A stretch of 39,918 nucleotides of DNA from the UHGV virus genome UHGV-0076060, one strand, 5' to 3'. This document shows, piece by piece, positions 17,269-27,156 of the stretch; within the stretch, counting starts at the first letter, position 1, and each line of letters starts with the position of its first letter. Position numbers and translations under genes: made by a program. Below the pieces are notes generated by a model. The model worked only from the letters and a program-made list of their open reading frames with translations. It had not been told where the DNA came from and did not search any database. The DNA comes from a virus.

Positions 17269-17813
17269 TATAATCCTCCGGGTAATCTGGTTCCTGCTGC
17301 TGCCCCGATTGGCGCAGGAGTGCTTTGAGTAAACGGACTCCACGTCCCACCAAACATCTGGTACGCACCGTATGCCTTCAGAGGCGCAGTGAGCAATGTT
17401 GTTGCTGCTCCCACATTCCCCTGTTTACGGGCTGAACTGGCTTCTGCTTTATAGTTGGCAGCCTGAACCTGATAACCGTAAGCCTCGCGTTGCGCGTTAT
17501 TCACCGTCGTCAGCGAATCAAGAGCGCCAAACTGGGCAGTGTCGCCAAATATATCCAGCGCGTTACCTGTAGATAAATCAGCGCCGGTAGCCCCCATTGT
17601 CGCCGCCTGTGTACCAAGCCGCTGTCGGGTCTCTCTGCGCCGTTGCTCAGCTTCAGCGTTACCTCTGTTTATTGCATCATTTGCCTGAGCTGTGGCTATA
17701 TCTGCGTTCGCTTCTGCAACCTTCGAGGCATACTTTCCCTGTTGGTACTGGGTGTATGCCTGAATGCCACTCATGGCGAGCATTGCGCCACCAGCAATAA
17801 CCGGATCGCACAT
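17268..17813 (-). CDS. internal virion protein (181 aa), T7 gp14-like position
   Basis: Ala/Gln-rich small protein in conserved order between gp13-like and gp15-like genes. Confidence 0.5.
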   Translation of the reverse strand: MCDPVIAGGAMLAMSGIQAYTQYQQGKYASKVAEANADIATAQANDAINRGNAEAEQRRRETRQRLGTQAATMGATGADLSTGNALDIFGDTAQFGALDSLTTVNNAQREAYGYQVQAANYKAEASSARKQGNVGAATTLLTAPLKAYGAYQMFGGTWSPFTQSTPAPIGAAAGTRLPGGL

Positions 17814-18280
17814 TATTTTCTCTCCATGTGAAATCTGTGGAAATTAAGACCAAGAGCACCATAAGGCGCGGCTTCTTCAAGCCTGAATCCAAGCCAGTGC
17901 AGCCATGCTTTGGCAACATGGTTTCGCTCGTCGACGTAGTTTTCCAGGCGCGGATAAACTGCCAGCATCTGCTGCAATACAGGGCGGCAGTGGCGAAGAA
18001 ATGTCTTCTGATATTTTTCAATACGGCTGGTTCCTACCAGCCAGGGCGTACCATTGCCACCGATCATTGACGCCGGAGATACACCAAACATGGTTACCAG
18101 TTCTCCGTTCGCGAACCCTGACCAGGCCATAGTCGCAGTGCGAAGACCAACACGTAGCGCATCTTCGGTAGTCATCAGTGATACTGCATACAGTTCGTCA
18201 ATATCAGCCTGACGAACATCCGGCAAAATCATCTGAAGATGCTCTTCGGTAGCGGGAATAATTTTAACGTCGATCATCAA
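17813..18280 (-). CDS. virion assembly/internal protein (155 aa), T7 gp13-like position
   Basis: Operon position after tail-tube B-like gene; overlapping start/stop codons. Confidence 0.45.
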   Translation of the reverse strand: MMIDVKIIPATEEHLQMILPDVRQADIDELYAVSLMTTEDALRVGLRTATMAWSGFANGELVTMFGVSPASMIGGNGTPWLVGTSRIEKYQKTFLRHCRPVLQQMLAVYPRLENYVDERNHVAKAWLHWLGFRLEEAAPYGALGLNFHRFHMERK

Positions 18281-20748
18281 AATCCCCCAACAGTAAGGCG
18301 AGGAATAACGGCAAGAACAGACAGCGGCAACGGGTCAAGCTGACGGATTCTTACACGTCCGTTTTTGCCCCAGTTACTGTCCAGTTTCACTTCTACTTTT
18401 CCGGTAGCGTCATCAACAGGATCATCGTAGAACTCGAATTCACGCTGTGGATATTCGTACCATTTACCGCCTGGCGTAGTCGCCCAGATGCCGCGGCTGG
18501 CATTCACAACCAGAGTAACGGACGGGATCACCTGTTTTTTGTCCAGCAGCGTTTCCTGTCCGTTAATGTTGATATCCAGTGTTTCGAATTCAGCAGTTAT
18601 TGGCAGGCCGATGTGCACTACAGCCCCCGGTGATTCCAGCGTGACGGCACCTCCGGAAACCACTTTCTGTGGTTCCACGTTCGCATCAGAGAGAATGTTT
18701 ACGGTCTGGCCTTCAAGATGAGACAGGCCTCCAAATGTCCGGCGCGCCATCTGCCAGTTCATGGTGGCCGCATTCCTGAGGGATGGCGGGACGTTCCTGT
18801 TGGCACGAACCACTACAGCGGTATTGCTGGTTACAGAAATAATGTCGCAACGTAATTCTTTTGACACTTCATCGCCAGTATCAGGATCAGTTCCGGCATA
18901 AGGGAACTGTAGTTGCGCGCCGACATCACTACTGGTGAAGTACGCACCACCAGAAACACTGATTGTATATTCCGCGCGATAATCCCATTCGCCAGAACCA
19001 CCAGTGATGGTCATCGTTCTGTCAGACGTATTTCTTCCATCATAGCTAAGGCCAGAATCAACAAAGAAAGCATCTTCATCGCTGGTAAATAAACGGCTGG
19101 ACAGTCTCTCGATGTATCTCACTGTTTGCCCGTTAACGGTTCTGTTAACGACGAAATACACCGCATCTTCATTGCCTTCGCTGATACTGCATGTGCTTTC
19201 ATATTTTCCGGTACTGGATTGTGGTGCCCATGCAAAAACCTGCTGATCACGCAAGTAGGTCATCACCAGTAATTTACCATCATCACGAATGCAGAAGGCG
19301 CTGGAGTAAGGGACAATCGAGAAGCACCAGTCAACAATGCTGTGCTTCTGAAAAAGATGATTGGCAAGGATAGTAAGGTCGTTCCCCTGATATCCGTCAA
19401 CATCGAATGAGTAGGCCAGATCACGTACAACACTGCCTTTCTCCTGGACGAACAGAGCAATATTCGCCACGGCAATTGGTGGGACATTGCTCGAGCCATT
19501 TGATCCCTGAGAGCTGAATGCAAATGATGATGGGGTTAACACTTTGTTCTGGTCGCCGGTGATGACGTACTCACCTCCAGAAGTCAGTGCCACCAGCGAA
19601 CCGACATCAATCAGGTGGCGGATCTCATTAACCTGACGCCCGGCATAGGTGTAGATAATTCTGTCGTCATCCTGCGTAGGATTGCTTTTGCCAAAATCCT
19701 TATAATCCCCGGTACGGCTGGCCCAGATAGTCTGAGGGAACGCAGTCGATGCGGCGAAGTAAAGACGTTGTTGATAATAAACAACAGTGCCAGGATAACC
19801 ATTAACACTGTTCCAGGCATATTTAGCCCATTTATAGCTGGCATTATCCTCGCCAACTACCTGCGAAGGGATATAGGAAATCACCTCGGCAGTTGCAGTA
19901 GTTCCATTTGCAGCAGTGATACGGGCAATGCCAAAACCACTGTGCAGATATTCCCACTCAATGCCAGTATCATCATCACCGGATCCGCCCCAACCATCCC
20001 ATGATGTGCCTTCTGTATGCGAAGGGCGCAAAGTACCTGTTTTGCCTGCTGTAACGGCGCGATAGTAGTTACTGTCTGCACGGCGAATATCGCCAATCGA
20101 CGTACTCTTACTGGTTTCCCATACCGGCACTGAATCCACTGCAGGCTGTTCCAGATAGAACAATTTGCCTACCTGCTCCGCGCCAAAAATAGAGGCGCTT
20201 GCCGTTAACGTAATTGTCCCGGTGCTGGCGCTGGCATAAACCGTCACTGACTCGTCAATATTGATATCTTCAAATGGCCCGTTCTTCGTTACCACATCAA
20301 CCAGTTGCCAGTTGTCATGCGCATAGCGGCGCAACTCTTTCGGCGGGTATGCCGGGTGAACCAGCGTAAGCACGTCGGCGCTTTGCGTGAATTTAATTCG
20401 GAACAGATCGGCTTCAGTATATGGCGTGGCAATTTCATAAATAACATTGCTGCTGTTCAGCACCAACGCACCATCTTTGATAACGCGCATGTACTGGTGT
20501 CCGAACTCCAGAGCATAGGTCTGAACCGTCGAGAACTGGAACGGGATCAGGCGGCATTTCCGATTTGGGTATTTGGCGGCACCGACAAAACGCGTACCAG
20601 GTCGATTCTCAACGCCGCCATACTGCCGCACGATAAAGTTATCGCACTTGCGCAATGCCACCTGGTACTTCGCCATGTCGATACGCCCGTATAATGACGG
20701 GCCAATTTCACCACCAGCGAAGCTGGGTTGTATCCAACTGATAGCCAT
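18277..20748 (-). CDS. tail tube/nozzle protein, T7 gp12-like (823 aa)
   Basis: Size and position directly after the gp11-like gene; beta-rich composition; overlapping coupling with neighbours. Confidence 0.55.
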   Translation of the reverse strand: MAISWIQPSFAGGEIGPSLYGRIDMAKYQVALRKCDNFIVRQYGGVENRPGTRFVGAAKYPNRKCRLIPFQFSTVQTYALEFGHQYMRVIKDGALVLNSSNVIYEIATPYTEADLFRIKFTQSADVLTLVHPAYPPKELRRYAHDNWQLVDVVTKNGPFEDINIDESVTVYASASTGTITLTASASIFGAEQVGKLFYLEQPAVDSVPVWETSKSTSIGDIRRADSNYYRAVTAGKTGTLRPSHTEGTSWDGWGGSGDDDTGIEWEYLHSGFGIARITAANGTTATAEVISYIPSQVVGEDNASYKWAKYAWNSVNGYPGTVVYYQQRLYFAASTAFPQTIWASRTGDYKDFGKSNPTQDDDRIIYTYAGRQVNEIRHLIDVGSLVALTSGGEYVITGDQNKVLTPSSFAFSSQGSNGSSNVPPIAVANIALFVQEKGSVVRDLAYSFDVDGYQGNDLTILANHLFQKHSIVDWCFSIVPYSSAFCIRDDGKLLVMTYLRDQQVFAWAPQSSTGKYESTCSISEGNEDAVYFVVNRTVNGQTVRYIERLSSRLFTSDEDAFFVDSGLSYDGRNTSDRTMTITGGSGEWDYRAEYTISVSGGAYFTSSDVGAQLQFPYAGTDPDTGDEVSKELRCDIISVTSNTAVVVRANRNVPPSLRNAATMNWQMARRTFGGLSHLEGQTVNILSDANVEPQKVVSGGAVTLESPGAVVHIGLPITAEFETLDININGQETLLDKKQVIPSVTLVVNASRGIWATTPGGKWYEYPQREFEFYDDPVDDATGKVEVKLDSNWGKNGRVRIRQLDPLPLSVLAVIPRLTVGGF

Positions 20749-21353
20749 CAGGACAACCTCGCAACAGTAAATTCATCCACCGGCGGCTGGGGTTCCTGTG
20801 ATTCGTTCTGGCTATGGGAGCCAGCACTCAGGATCACGCGATTGTACATATTGAGGGCAAACGTACCGAGGTCTGCATTCCCAGTCAGCGCCATGTTAAT
20901 AGCTGCCGCAAGACGCCAGGCCAACGCCTCCATAAAAATGGCATCAAACATGTTCACATCTGAAACGCGAGATACATACTTGAGCCATGCCTGCGGCTGG
21001 TCTGTGTAGATCAACTTTCCTGTTCCGTTGGTGTCTGCACCAACTTCGTACTGAACGCGCATTGCTGCTGTTGGATTGCGTACACCAGGAAGCATAATTT
21101 CAGTAATGCGCAGACAATCGGACGGGTACTGATACGCATATTCCCAGTCAGGCGGTGGATTGCTCGTATCTGCAAGCGCCACGCGTTTGGTAGCAAAGTT
21201 CCAGTCAAAATCAGAAAGCACAGCATCACGGCAGGCCTCAAAGTGCAGCGAACATTCCCCCGCTTCCTTGCTGGCTTCCGTCAGGCTGTTAATGCTGCGG
21301 CTGTTGCCAATATTGGACAGCGCACGATTGCAGATCTCTACTACAGAGGCCAT
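20748..21353 (-). CDS. tail tubular protein A / adaptor, T7 gp11-like (201 aa)
   Basis: About 200 aa, N-terminus (EICNRALSNIG) reminiscent of T7 gp11; position before the 823-aa gene. Confidence 0.5.
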   Translation of the reverse strand: MASVVEICNRALSNIGNSRSINSLTEASKEAGECSLHFEACRDAVLSDFDWNFATKRVALADTSNPPPDWEYAYQYPSDCLRITEIMLPGVRNPTAAMRVQYEVGADTNGTGKLIYTDQPQAWLKYVSRVSDVNMFDAIFMEALAWRLAAAINMALTGNADLGTFALNMYNRVILSAGSHSQNESQEPQPPVDEFTVARLS

Positions 21354-21682
21354 TACTCACCCCCATTGCCGTACAGGGTTTCAGCCGCTGATTTTTCTAC
21401 ATCCCCGGAAACAGGAGCGATCGCCATATCAGTGATCTGCAGATCGGCGCTGCGATTAACACCATCGTCAGTTTCTCTGGCAGACAGGCCTCGAATAACA
21501 GCCTTTGCAGTTATCATCACTTCTGTTCCGACGCCCTGAGGTTGCGCCTTCAGCTTATTCAATGTGTCGTTATTAAGAGTGATGCACAGCCCCCACGGGT
21601 ATTCATCGCGAGTTCTGGTTTCTCCGCTCTCATCCTGGTAGCTGTCAGTGCCGGTTTTGAGGTTTACGAGTTCCATATACAC
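21353..21682 (-). CDS. hypothetical virion protein (109 aa)
   Basis: ORF coupled within the structural operon. Confidence 0.45.
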   Translation of the reverse strand: MYMELVNLKTGTDSYQDESGETRTRDEYPWGLCITLNNDTLNKLKAQPQGVGTEVMITAKAVIRGLSARETDDGVNRSADLQITDMAIAPVSGDVEKSAAETLYGNGGE

Positions 21683-21726
21683 TCCTGCAATAAAGGGGCC
21701 GAAGCCCCTTGTCTGATCCGCGAGGC

Positions 21727-22071
21727 TTACACGCCCAGTTCTTTACGCTTATCTGCGATCTTCTCGCGGAGCGTTTCAGCTTTGGCGTTATGGTGTGGCT
21801 TCTCGTTAAAGAGCAATTCGTACTCTTCACGGAGCTTATCCAGTTCACCATCATCTGACACATCGTTGATGATTTTGGTGCTGGTTGCTGCCATTGACAC
21901 CTTTACTGCAACTTTTGCTTTTGCCTGTCTGGCTGCATCGTTAACAGGTTCCAGTGCGCTACCAGGCTCACCTTCGTATTCGATTTCTGCCCCCTCCGGC
22001 CACAGAGTGTTATGGATATGAGAGAGGCGCAGAACGCGGTATCTTGGTTTCTCACCTGACATCAATATCAC
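21727..22071 (-). CDS. hypothetical protein (114 aa)
   Basis: ORF in the structural operon; charged C-terminal region. Confidence 0.4.
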   Translation of the reverse strand: MILMSGEKPRYRVLRLSHIHNTLWPEGAEIEYEGEPGSALEPVNDAARQAKAKVAVKVSMAATSTKIINDVSDDGELDKLREEYELLFNEKPHHNAKAETLREKIADKRKELGV

Positions 22072-22072
22072 C

Positions 22073-22510
22073 TTAACCAGTTACTTTTGAGCGGATCGGA
22101 TACGGCGTATTGGCATCAACATCAAGATTGATACCCGCAGTGAATTTGCCAGCCGTTAGTGGGCCAGTTGCGACGGAGTAGTTAACACGCAGATATCGCT
22201 GAACACCGGCTGGCACCTTTGCAGAAACAACTCGCTTACCTGCTGTCAGGGTGGCCTTTGCCAGTGCGCCACTATCATAAATAGTGGACCATGAGCTGTT
22301 ATTCTCACTCGTCTGCAACTGGATGTTTACAGTTGCCTCACCACTTGCCGTGGCGGCTTCGTTAACCAGCACCCAAAACTCAAGCGGATAACCCACGCCG
22401 ATATCGCGACGGTTTCCATCAATTGGACCGAGATCGATTACGTCAGTAGAAGCCGCGGTATTCGTAACCGCCTGAGCTTCGGAGAACATCAACAGTTTGT
22501 CGGTGATCAT
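22073..22510 (-). CDS. putative capsid decoration / head accessory protein (145 aa)
   Basis: Directly downstream of the major capsid gene; Thr/Ser/Ala-rich beta-type composition. Confidence 0.4.
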   Translation of the reverse strand: MITDKLLMFSEAQAVTNTAASTDVIDLGPIDGNRRDIGVGYPLEFWVLVNEAATASGEATVNIQLQTSENNSSWSTIYDSGALAKATLTAGKRVVSAKVPAGVQRYLRVNYSVATGPLTAGKFTAGINLDVDANTPYPIRSKVTG

Positions 22511-22561
22511 CTTCTTTCTCCATTAGTGGGCCTGTTGCGGCCCACAGGTTAATAACAGGCG

Positions 22562-23554
22562 TTACACCACGCGGGCTTCTGTTTCCAGAAGTGCGTCAGT
22601 TTCGCGAATCGGCACACCACGAAGTTCTGTCCACCATTCGCCTTCTGTCTCTTTCACGCTGATCGCCAGAGAACTCTTCTCCAGAGATTGCAGGTCAAGC
22701 ACTTCGTTAATGGTTCTGTTCATGTAGAAAATAGGACGTCCCATCCCACGATTTGGGATTCGATGAAGGGCACGAATCATCAGTTTTGCGATATTCGCAG
22801 CAGTAGAAGGAGCGTCAAGATTGCTGACATCGATGTTTGCAATGCGAACAACATAGCGCCAGTCACGCAATGTCAGCCCGTTGTCCCACTTATAATGGGT
22901 ACGATAACCTTCGTACTTGCCGCCATTAGCATCTTCCAGTGTCACCTGGCCTTTATCTTCCATCTGGATGCCAGCCTTCTGCCCTTTCGGGAAGATGCCA
23001 TGCACGGTGTTTTCGCCCCACACCACTAACCAGATTGAAGTGTTATCTGTACCCGTGCCACCAGCATCAATGATGTTCTGAGCATTACCCGCAGACAGGC
23101 TGGAATAGCGGGAGGACAGTCCCATAAACTGCTGAGGGTTAACGCTGGAATCACCGTAAAACAGCGTCTGCGCCATCGCCTGATTCATCGCTTCAATAAA
23201 TGCTCGGTCTTCAGACAGGCGGAATTCGGCAGTATTACCGTTCAGATCAGCCAGAGACTTATCGACTTCAGCATAGGTTTCCAGCATGCCAATGGAATCA
23301 GTGACCTGCACCGTTGTTGATTTGCTCGGTTGTACGCCATAGTTCAGCAAACGCCAGGTAGCGGAAGGCAAACCAGAACGAATGGTGGTTCGGTGTCCGG
23401 TAGGAAGGTTCCCTTCGACAAAAGGCATATCCTGAAGGATTGGGTTGGTTTGACTGAGAAGCTCGATAATCTTATCGACTTTCCCGTTTGGATCGACGCG
23501 CTTACCCCAGTCAGCCAGCGTTAGCGCAGTTAAGCCTTTAACAGCCATTGTCAT
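22562..23554 (-). CDS. major capsid protein (330 aa)
   Basis: Size, position after scaffold gene, strong expression context; composition consistent with an HK97-fold coat protein. Confidence 0.75.
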   Translation of the reverse strand: MTMAVKGLTALTLADWGKRVDPNGKVDKIIELLSQTNPILQDMPFVEGNLPTGHRTTIRSGLPSATWRLLNYGVQPSKSTTVQVTDSIGMLETYAEVDKSLADLNGNTAEFRLSEDRAFIEAMNQAMAQTLFYGDSSVNPQQFMGLSSRYSSLSAGNAQNIIDAGGTGTDNTSIWLVVWGENTVHGIFPKGQKAGIQMEDKGQVTLEDANGGKYEGYRTHYKWDNGLTLRDWRYVVRIANIDVSNLDAPSTAANIAKLMIRALHRIPNRGMGRPIFYMNRTINEVLDLQSLEKSSLAISVKETEGEWWTELRGVPIRETDALLETEARVV

Positions 23555-23562
23555 TTCCTCTC

Positions 23563-24264
23563 TTATTTGCCATAGAGCACTTCGGCCGCACTACGCTGGC
23601 CTTCATTACCACCGGTGACCATGCCATCTTCAGACATCGCCTTTCCGATTTTCACGAACGTTTTGACCAGATCAGGGTGATTACCCAGCCCGGTGGTGTT
23701 CAGATATTCTTTGAGTTCAGGTGTCCCGAACTGGTCAAGCGCACGCTGTGCGGCGCTAAGGTTAGAAATCAACTTGTCGCCACCGATTTCTTTGTCAGCT
23801 TTTACATCAGCAGCCCACTGCTCGGTTGTTTTCTGCCAGGCTTCTGCCTGGCGCTGCTGCACACCTGCCAGAATCTTCGGATAAGCATCAACCAGCTTTT
23901 GCGCTTGCTCGTTGGTCAGGTTAAGTTCTCGCGCCACCGGCTCGAACTCCTTCAACGCTTCTGTATCCAGCTCTACGCCTTCGGCAGCCTGAAACTCGTA
24001 CTTCTCAGGCGCACCCTGTGGTTTATCGCCGTCCTTTTTTTCATCCTGCTTATCGTTTTCAGGCTTTTTGTCATCAGCAGGTTTATCGCCATCAGCAACA
24101 GGTTGTGGCTTATCACCTTCCTGTTGTGATGGATCACCAACTGGAGCAGGGTTATCACCTGCAGGCGCTGACGGTTCTGACGCAGCCGGAGCTGCTCCAC
24201 CATCGACTTGTTGCTCATTGCAAAGACGGCGATACAGCAAACGCTCAAATAAACTCATGATCAC
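23563..24264 (-). CDS. scaffolding protein (233 aa)
   Basis: Low-complexity Pro/Asp/Lys/Glu-rich N-half and helical C-half, between portal and capsid genes. Confidence 0.7.
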   Translation of the reverse strand: MIMSLFERLLYRRLCNEQQVDGGAAPAASEPSAPAGDNPAPVGDPSQQEGDKPQPVADGDKPADDKKPENDKQDEKKDGDKPQGAPEKYEFQAAEGVELDTEALKEFEPVARELNLTNEQAQKLVDAYPKILAGVQQRQAEAWQKTTEQWAADVKADKEIGGDKLISNLSAAQRALDQFGTPELKEYLNTTGLGNHPDLVKTFVKIGKAMSEDGMVTGGNEGQRSAAEVLYGK

Positions 24265-24557
24265 TCCTGTTCACTGGCCTCTTTGGCCATCTTCAAATAC
24301 TGTTCAGGGCAATGCGCCATAACGCGCTGAAACAGTTCCAGCGCCAGATTGCGTTGCCCCTCATTAAATGCCATTGCCATAGCATCCATCGGAGAGATAG
24401 CGGAAAACACCCGGCCTTTCTCCAGCACCGACCAGACAACGCGACGCCCCTGTTCACTGCTCATGACAAAGCGAATGTCATCAATTTCACGCTGTGCCAT
24501 GTCACGTTGCTTACGGGCGTTTTCTTCTTTCAGTTGATCGTCTTCGTAATCTGTCAT
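24261..24557 (-). CDS. small hypothetical head-module protein (98 aa)
   Basis: ORF coupled between portal and scaffold genes. Confidence 0.45.
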   Translation of the reverse strand: MTDYEDDQLKEENARKQRDMAQREIDDIRFVMSSEQGRRVVWSVLEKGRVFSAISPMDAMAMAFNEGQRNLALELFQRVMAHCPEQYLKMAKEASEQE

Positions 24558-26233
24558 TGTGATTGCCCACCCTGACCACTAACTGCATTCGCCATAGCTG
24601 ACAAAACACTCGGATCCGAAGTTTTAGCTTCGCTTAGCGTCTTGGCACCCTGTGCCGCCGCCATCCCCATCGCCATCATTTGTTGCTGCTGTTGTTGCTG
24701 TGCCCGTTGCTGGCGAGCCTGCTCAACCTGTTCCTGCGGAACAATGACGGTTGGAGACACTCCGGACATATCAGCGAATGCATCGATCGCCTGATCAACG
24801 TTGAGTTTGTCGAGAGCTTCTGGTTTCGCTTGCGCAAGTTGACCAATGAAGTTGACCGTAGACGCCAAACTGGACAGGCCGATAGACTTCTGCGCCTGAG
24901 CCATGACGGAAATGTATTCGACCTTCAGGGGCATACCTTCCATCGCGTCAGGCGGTGGCGGCAGCATGTTTTTACGCACCATCATCGAGAAAGCGCGGTC
25001 AATGAGAGGATTAAGACATTCGTCGTTCAGACGCTCCAGAACCGGCCCCAACATCAGAAGTTTTTCTTCTTTCATTTCGATCACTGCTTCAACAGGCATC
25101 GAGCGGGTATTGATGTTCTGCAACATCATGAACAGATCGACAAAGTAGGCGCTGTTAATGATTTGACGAGTGTCCTGAATGTCTGCTACCAGATCTGCTG
25201 TACTGGGGTTAACCAGATAAGCAGGCCTGAAGCCATCCTGACCAGTAATCTGATCGATATACGTGATGTCACCAGGAAGAAGGGAGGCGCGCTGATTCTT
25301 GAGGGAAGTCGGAGCAACCATCGGCGGATTGGTGGCTTTATCAATCAACTGCGACTTGCGCTTCTGGAGAAGTTGCAATGCCTTAACAGGTCCAAGCGCC
25401 AGCATACCCGGGCATGATGATCCATAAACATCTTCGCCATTAACTTCCCAGCGCGGAGCCATAATTGGAAACTCATCAAATCCGGACTCACGCAACAACT
25501 TGTCGTTATCGCCACCAACCTCGTAATAAACCGATTTGAATGGCTTGTTCTTGCTATCCAGCTTCGATGTATCGCGGTCAATGTTCGGGTAAACCGAATG
25601 CATCACTTCAATCCACTTCTCGTAGGTTCCGCTTTCCCACATGCTTTTTACGGATTCGCTGACGTTATTTAGCCCGAACTCCTGAACAAGCTGACGAACA
25701 GTCATAGAGAACTTGCGAAAACAGGTGTCCACACTGCCACGAGGTGAGTTAGCCAGGTAGTAACTGCCTATCGGGAATGGCATTGTGCGAATGATGTCCT
25801 CGTCATCCTCCAGCACTGCCATTGCACCAGTGCTGTATGTGCCGAGGCTTCCGTATAACTGCGGCAGCGACTGATAGAGATTCGACTTATTGAACATATC
25901 GTTCATGCGGTTCTGCACCGCCTCAAGCCACAACTTAACAGGGCCATAATCCATCATTTCAGGATCTGGCGTAGCCAGGCGAAACCACGGACGCGCGGGG
26001 CTTGTGATGCCTGACATCATGCCGCTGGCGAGAGTGCGCGCCGCCATAGTCCCGGTCGAATCAATAATGCGTGTATTGCGTCGATCGTTACGGTTGACCT
26101 CAGAAGTCAGAAAGCGGGAACCACGCGGGTTGATGTAATCACTCAACTCGCGCCAGTGCGGCTCGAACGACTGACGCTCGCTTTCAAGTTGTGCGAACTG
26201 TTTGTTCAATCGCTCTTTAGTTGTTTCCGCCAT
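24554..26233 (-). CDS. portal protein (559 aa)
   Basis: Size, position upstream of scaffold/capsid, Gln/Ala-rich C-terminal tail. Confidence 0.75.
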   Translation of the reverse strand: MAETTKERLNKQFAQLESERQSFEPHWRELSDYINPRGSRFLTSEVNRNDRRNTRIIDSTGTMAARTLASGMMSGITSPARPWFRLATPDPEMMDYGPVKLWLEAVQNRMNDMFNKSNLYQSLPQLYGSLGTYSTGAMAVLEDDEDIIRTMPFPIGSYYLANSPRGSVDTCFRKFSMTVRQLVQEFGLNNVSESVKSMWESGTYEKWIEVMHSVYPNIDRDTSKLDSKNKPFKSVYYEVGGDNDKLLRESGFDEFPIMAPRWEVNGEDVYGSSCPGMLALGPVKALQLLQKRKSQLIDKATNPPMVAPTSLKNQRASLLPGDITYIDQITGQDGFRPAYLVNPSTADLVADIQDTRQIINSAYFVDLFMMLQNINTRSMPVEAVIEMKEEKLLMLGPVLERLNDECLNPLIDRAFSMMVRKNMLPPPPDAMEGMPLKVEYISVMAQAQKSIGLSSLASTVNFIGQLAQAKPEALDKLNVDQAIDAFADMSGVSPTVIVPQEQVEQARQQRAQQQQQQQMMAMGMAAAQGAKTLSEAKTSDPSVLSAMANAVSGQGGQSQ

Positions 26234-26247
26234 TTCAATGACTCCGG

Positions 26248-26454
26248 TTACTGACCAAGCAGCGTTTTACCGCTGGTATTAGCGGTTGATGTGTCACCCT
26301 GAGAACCGGTAAGCAGCGTAGAACTACGACCAGCAGCAGCGCGACGGCGACGAGTTTCTTCGTCGCGGGCATCAACAACGGCGGCATCCTGCTCCTGTGG
26401 TGCTGCCTGAACTTCTGGTGTTGCAGGCACTGACGGTGAGCTACCCATGCACAT
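26248..26454 (-). CDS. small hypothetical protein (68 aa) upstream of portal
   Basis: RBS GGAG 9 nt before ATG; chosen over the overlapping 26235..26474 frame, which has an Arg/His/Cys/Leu-rich out-of-frame-like composition. Confidence 0.35.
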   Translation of the reverse strand: MCMGSSPSVPATPEVQAAPQEQDAAVVDARDEETRRRRAAAGRSSTLLTGSQGDTSTANTSGKTLLGQ

Positions 26455-26544
26455 ATCAATGACTCCGTACGCAATTAAATTATTACCAATTTAACCACAT
26501 ATGATTTATTTATCGTAGGCAGTTGACATTTAACGCATGAATTA

Positions 26545-26559
26545 TTACCTTTCAGGTAA
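26545..26559. promoter_or_regulatory. ATTACC-N5-GGTAA operator-like palindrome (copy 4), upstream of head genes
   Basis: TTACCtttcaGGTAA, identical 16-mer to copy 1; about 90 bp upstream of the 26454 start; TTGACA hexamer nearby. Confidence 0.5.
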
Positions 26560-26881
26560 GCAAATGGTTCATTCCGGTTATTAACCTGACTGGCTTGTCG
26601 TTAAATTGAACAGGTGGAGTGAGCTTTTATTTTGAGCAGTACGGCGTATGGCACATGCGCCGATAGCGGTCTGGATACGTTTAAGGGGCACCCTCCCTTG
26701 CTCGGGCAAACGAACCAGGTAGCCGGAATGTGCAAGTCGAGCGGTTTTATTCCGCGCACGGGGATTCACCATCCCGGCGATTCGGTGTGACGCCTCGGAA
26801 GAGACGAGGGTACAACGATGAGAGCATTTATGGAGCCGCGACAAAGTGTGGCGCCTTAACAGGCTAAGTGCTCTCAGCGTT

Positions 26882-26958
26882 GTGGCATTAGCTCAGTTGG
26901 ACAGAGCAACCGCCTTCTAAGCGGTTGGTCGCAGGTTCGAATCCTGCATGCCACGCCA
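26882..26958 (+). tRNA. tRNA-Arg (anticodon UCU, reads AGA)
   Basis: Manual cloverleaf: 7-bp acceptor GTGGCAT/ATGCCAC, D-stem GCTC/GAGC, anticodon stem ACCGC/GCGGT with loop CTTCTAA, T-arm GCAGG-TTCGAAT-CCTGC, discriminator G, encoded CCA. Confidence 0.85.
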
Positions 26959-27001
26959 GAATCACGCCTAAGGACCGTGATGCCAGAAGTTCCAGGTGCT
27001 T

Positions 27002-27044
27002 GGCGGTGATGGTTTCCCTTGAAGGACTATCACCGCCCTTTTTA
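27002..27044 (+). terminator. intrinsic terminator downstream of tRNA-Arg
   Basis: GGCGGTGAT...ATCACCGCC hairpin followed by CTTTTTA. Confidence 0.6.
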
Positions 27045-27121
27045 CAGCAGGACGCCATTGCGATGACTTCATGCTGTAAACCAGTACAGCCACGGAAGGC
27101 ATAACTCATTGCTTCCAGTTC

Positions 27122-27146
27122 GCCCGGTTCGCCGGGCATTTTTTTA
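27122..27146 (+). terminator. hairpin plus T-tract immediately upstream of moron RBS
   Basis: GCCCGG-ttcg-CCGGGC then ATTTTTTTA, followed by RBS AAGGTGAG. Confidence 0.5.
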
Positions 27147-27156
27147 AGGTGAGATC

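Noticed and set aside
24680-25417. 245-aa plus-strand ORF antisense to the portal gene
   Set aside because: Entirely contained in the portal coding region with an Arg/His/Leu-rich composition typical of antisense frames of GC-balanced genes; the same reasoning covers the other antisense ORFs in the track inside large virion genes (for example 16597..17214, 19615..20004, 20305..20694, 23548..24129, 28403..28909).
26235-26474. 79-aa frame alternative to the 68-aa ORF upstream of portal
   Set aside because: Arg/His/Cys/Leu-rich composition looks out-of-frame; the overlapping 68-aa frame has an RBS and a more protein-like composition, though both remain uncertain.
26581-26844. 87-aa minus-strand ORF upstream of the tRNA
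   Set aside because: Composition (R, H, C, S rich), no RBS, and location in a structured non-coding stretch; treated as non-coding.
26560-26880. Second tRNA or tmRNA-like gene upstream of tRNA-Arg
   Set aside because: Could not fold any segment into a cloverleaf with acceptor, anticodon and T-arms; only isolated hairpins are present.
27074-27089. CTGT-N8-ACAG match (possible second LexA box) upstream of the 27157 moron
   Set aside because: Spacer AAACCAGT is not AT-rich and flanks do not fit the extended consensus; one such core match is expected by chance in 40 kb. Kept only as a weak possibility.
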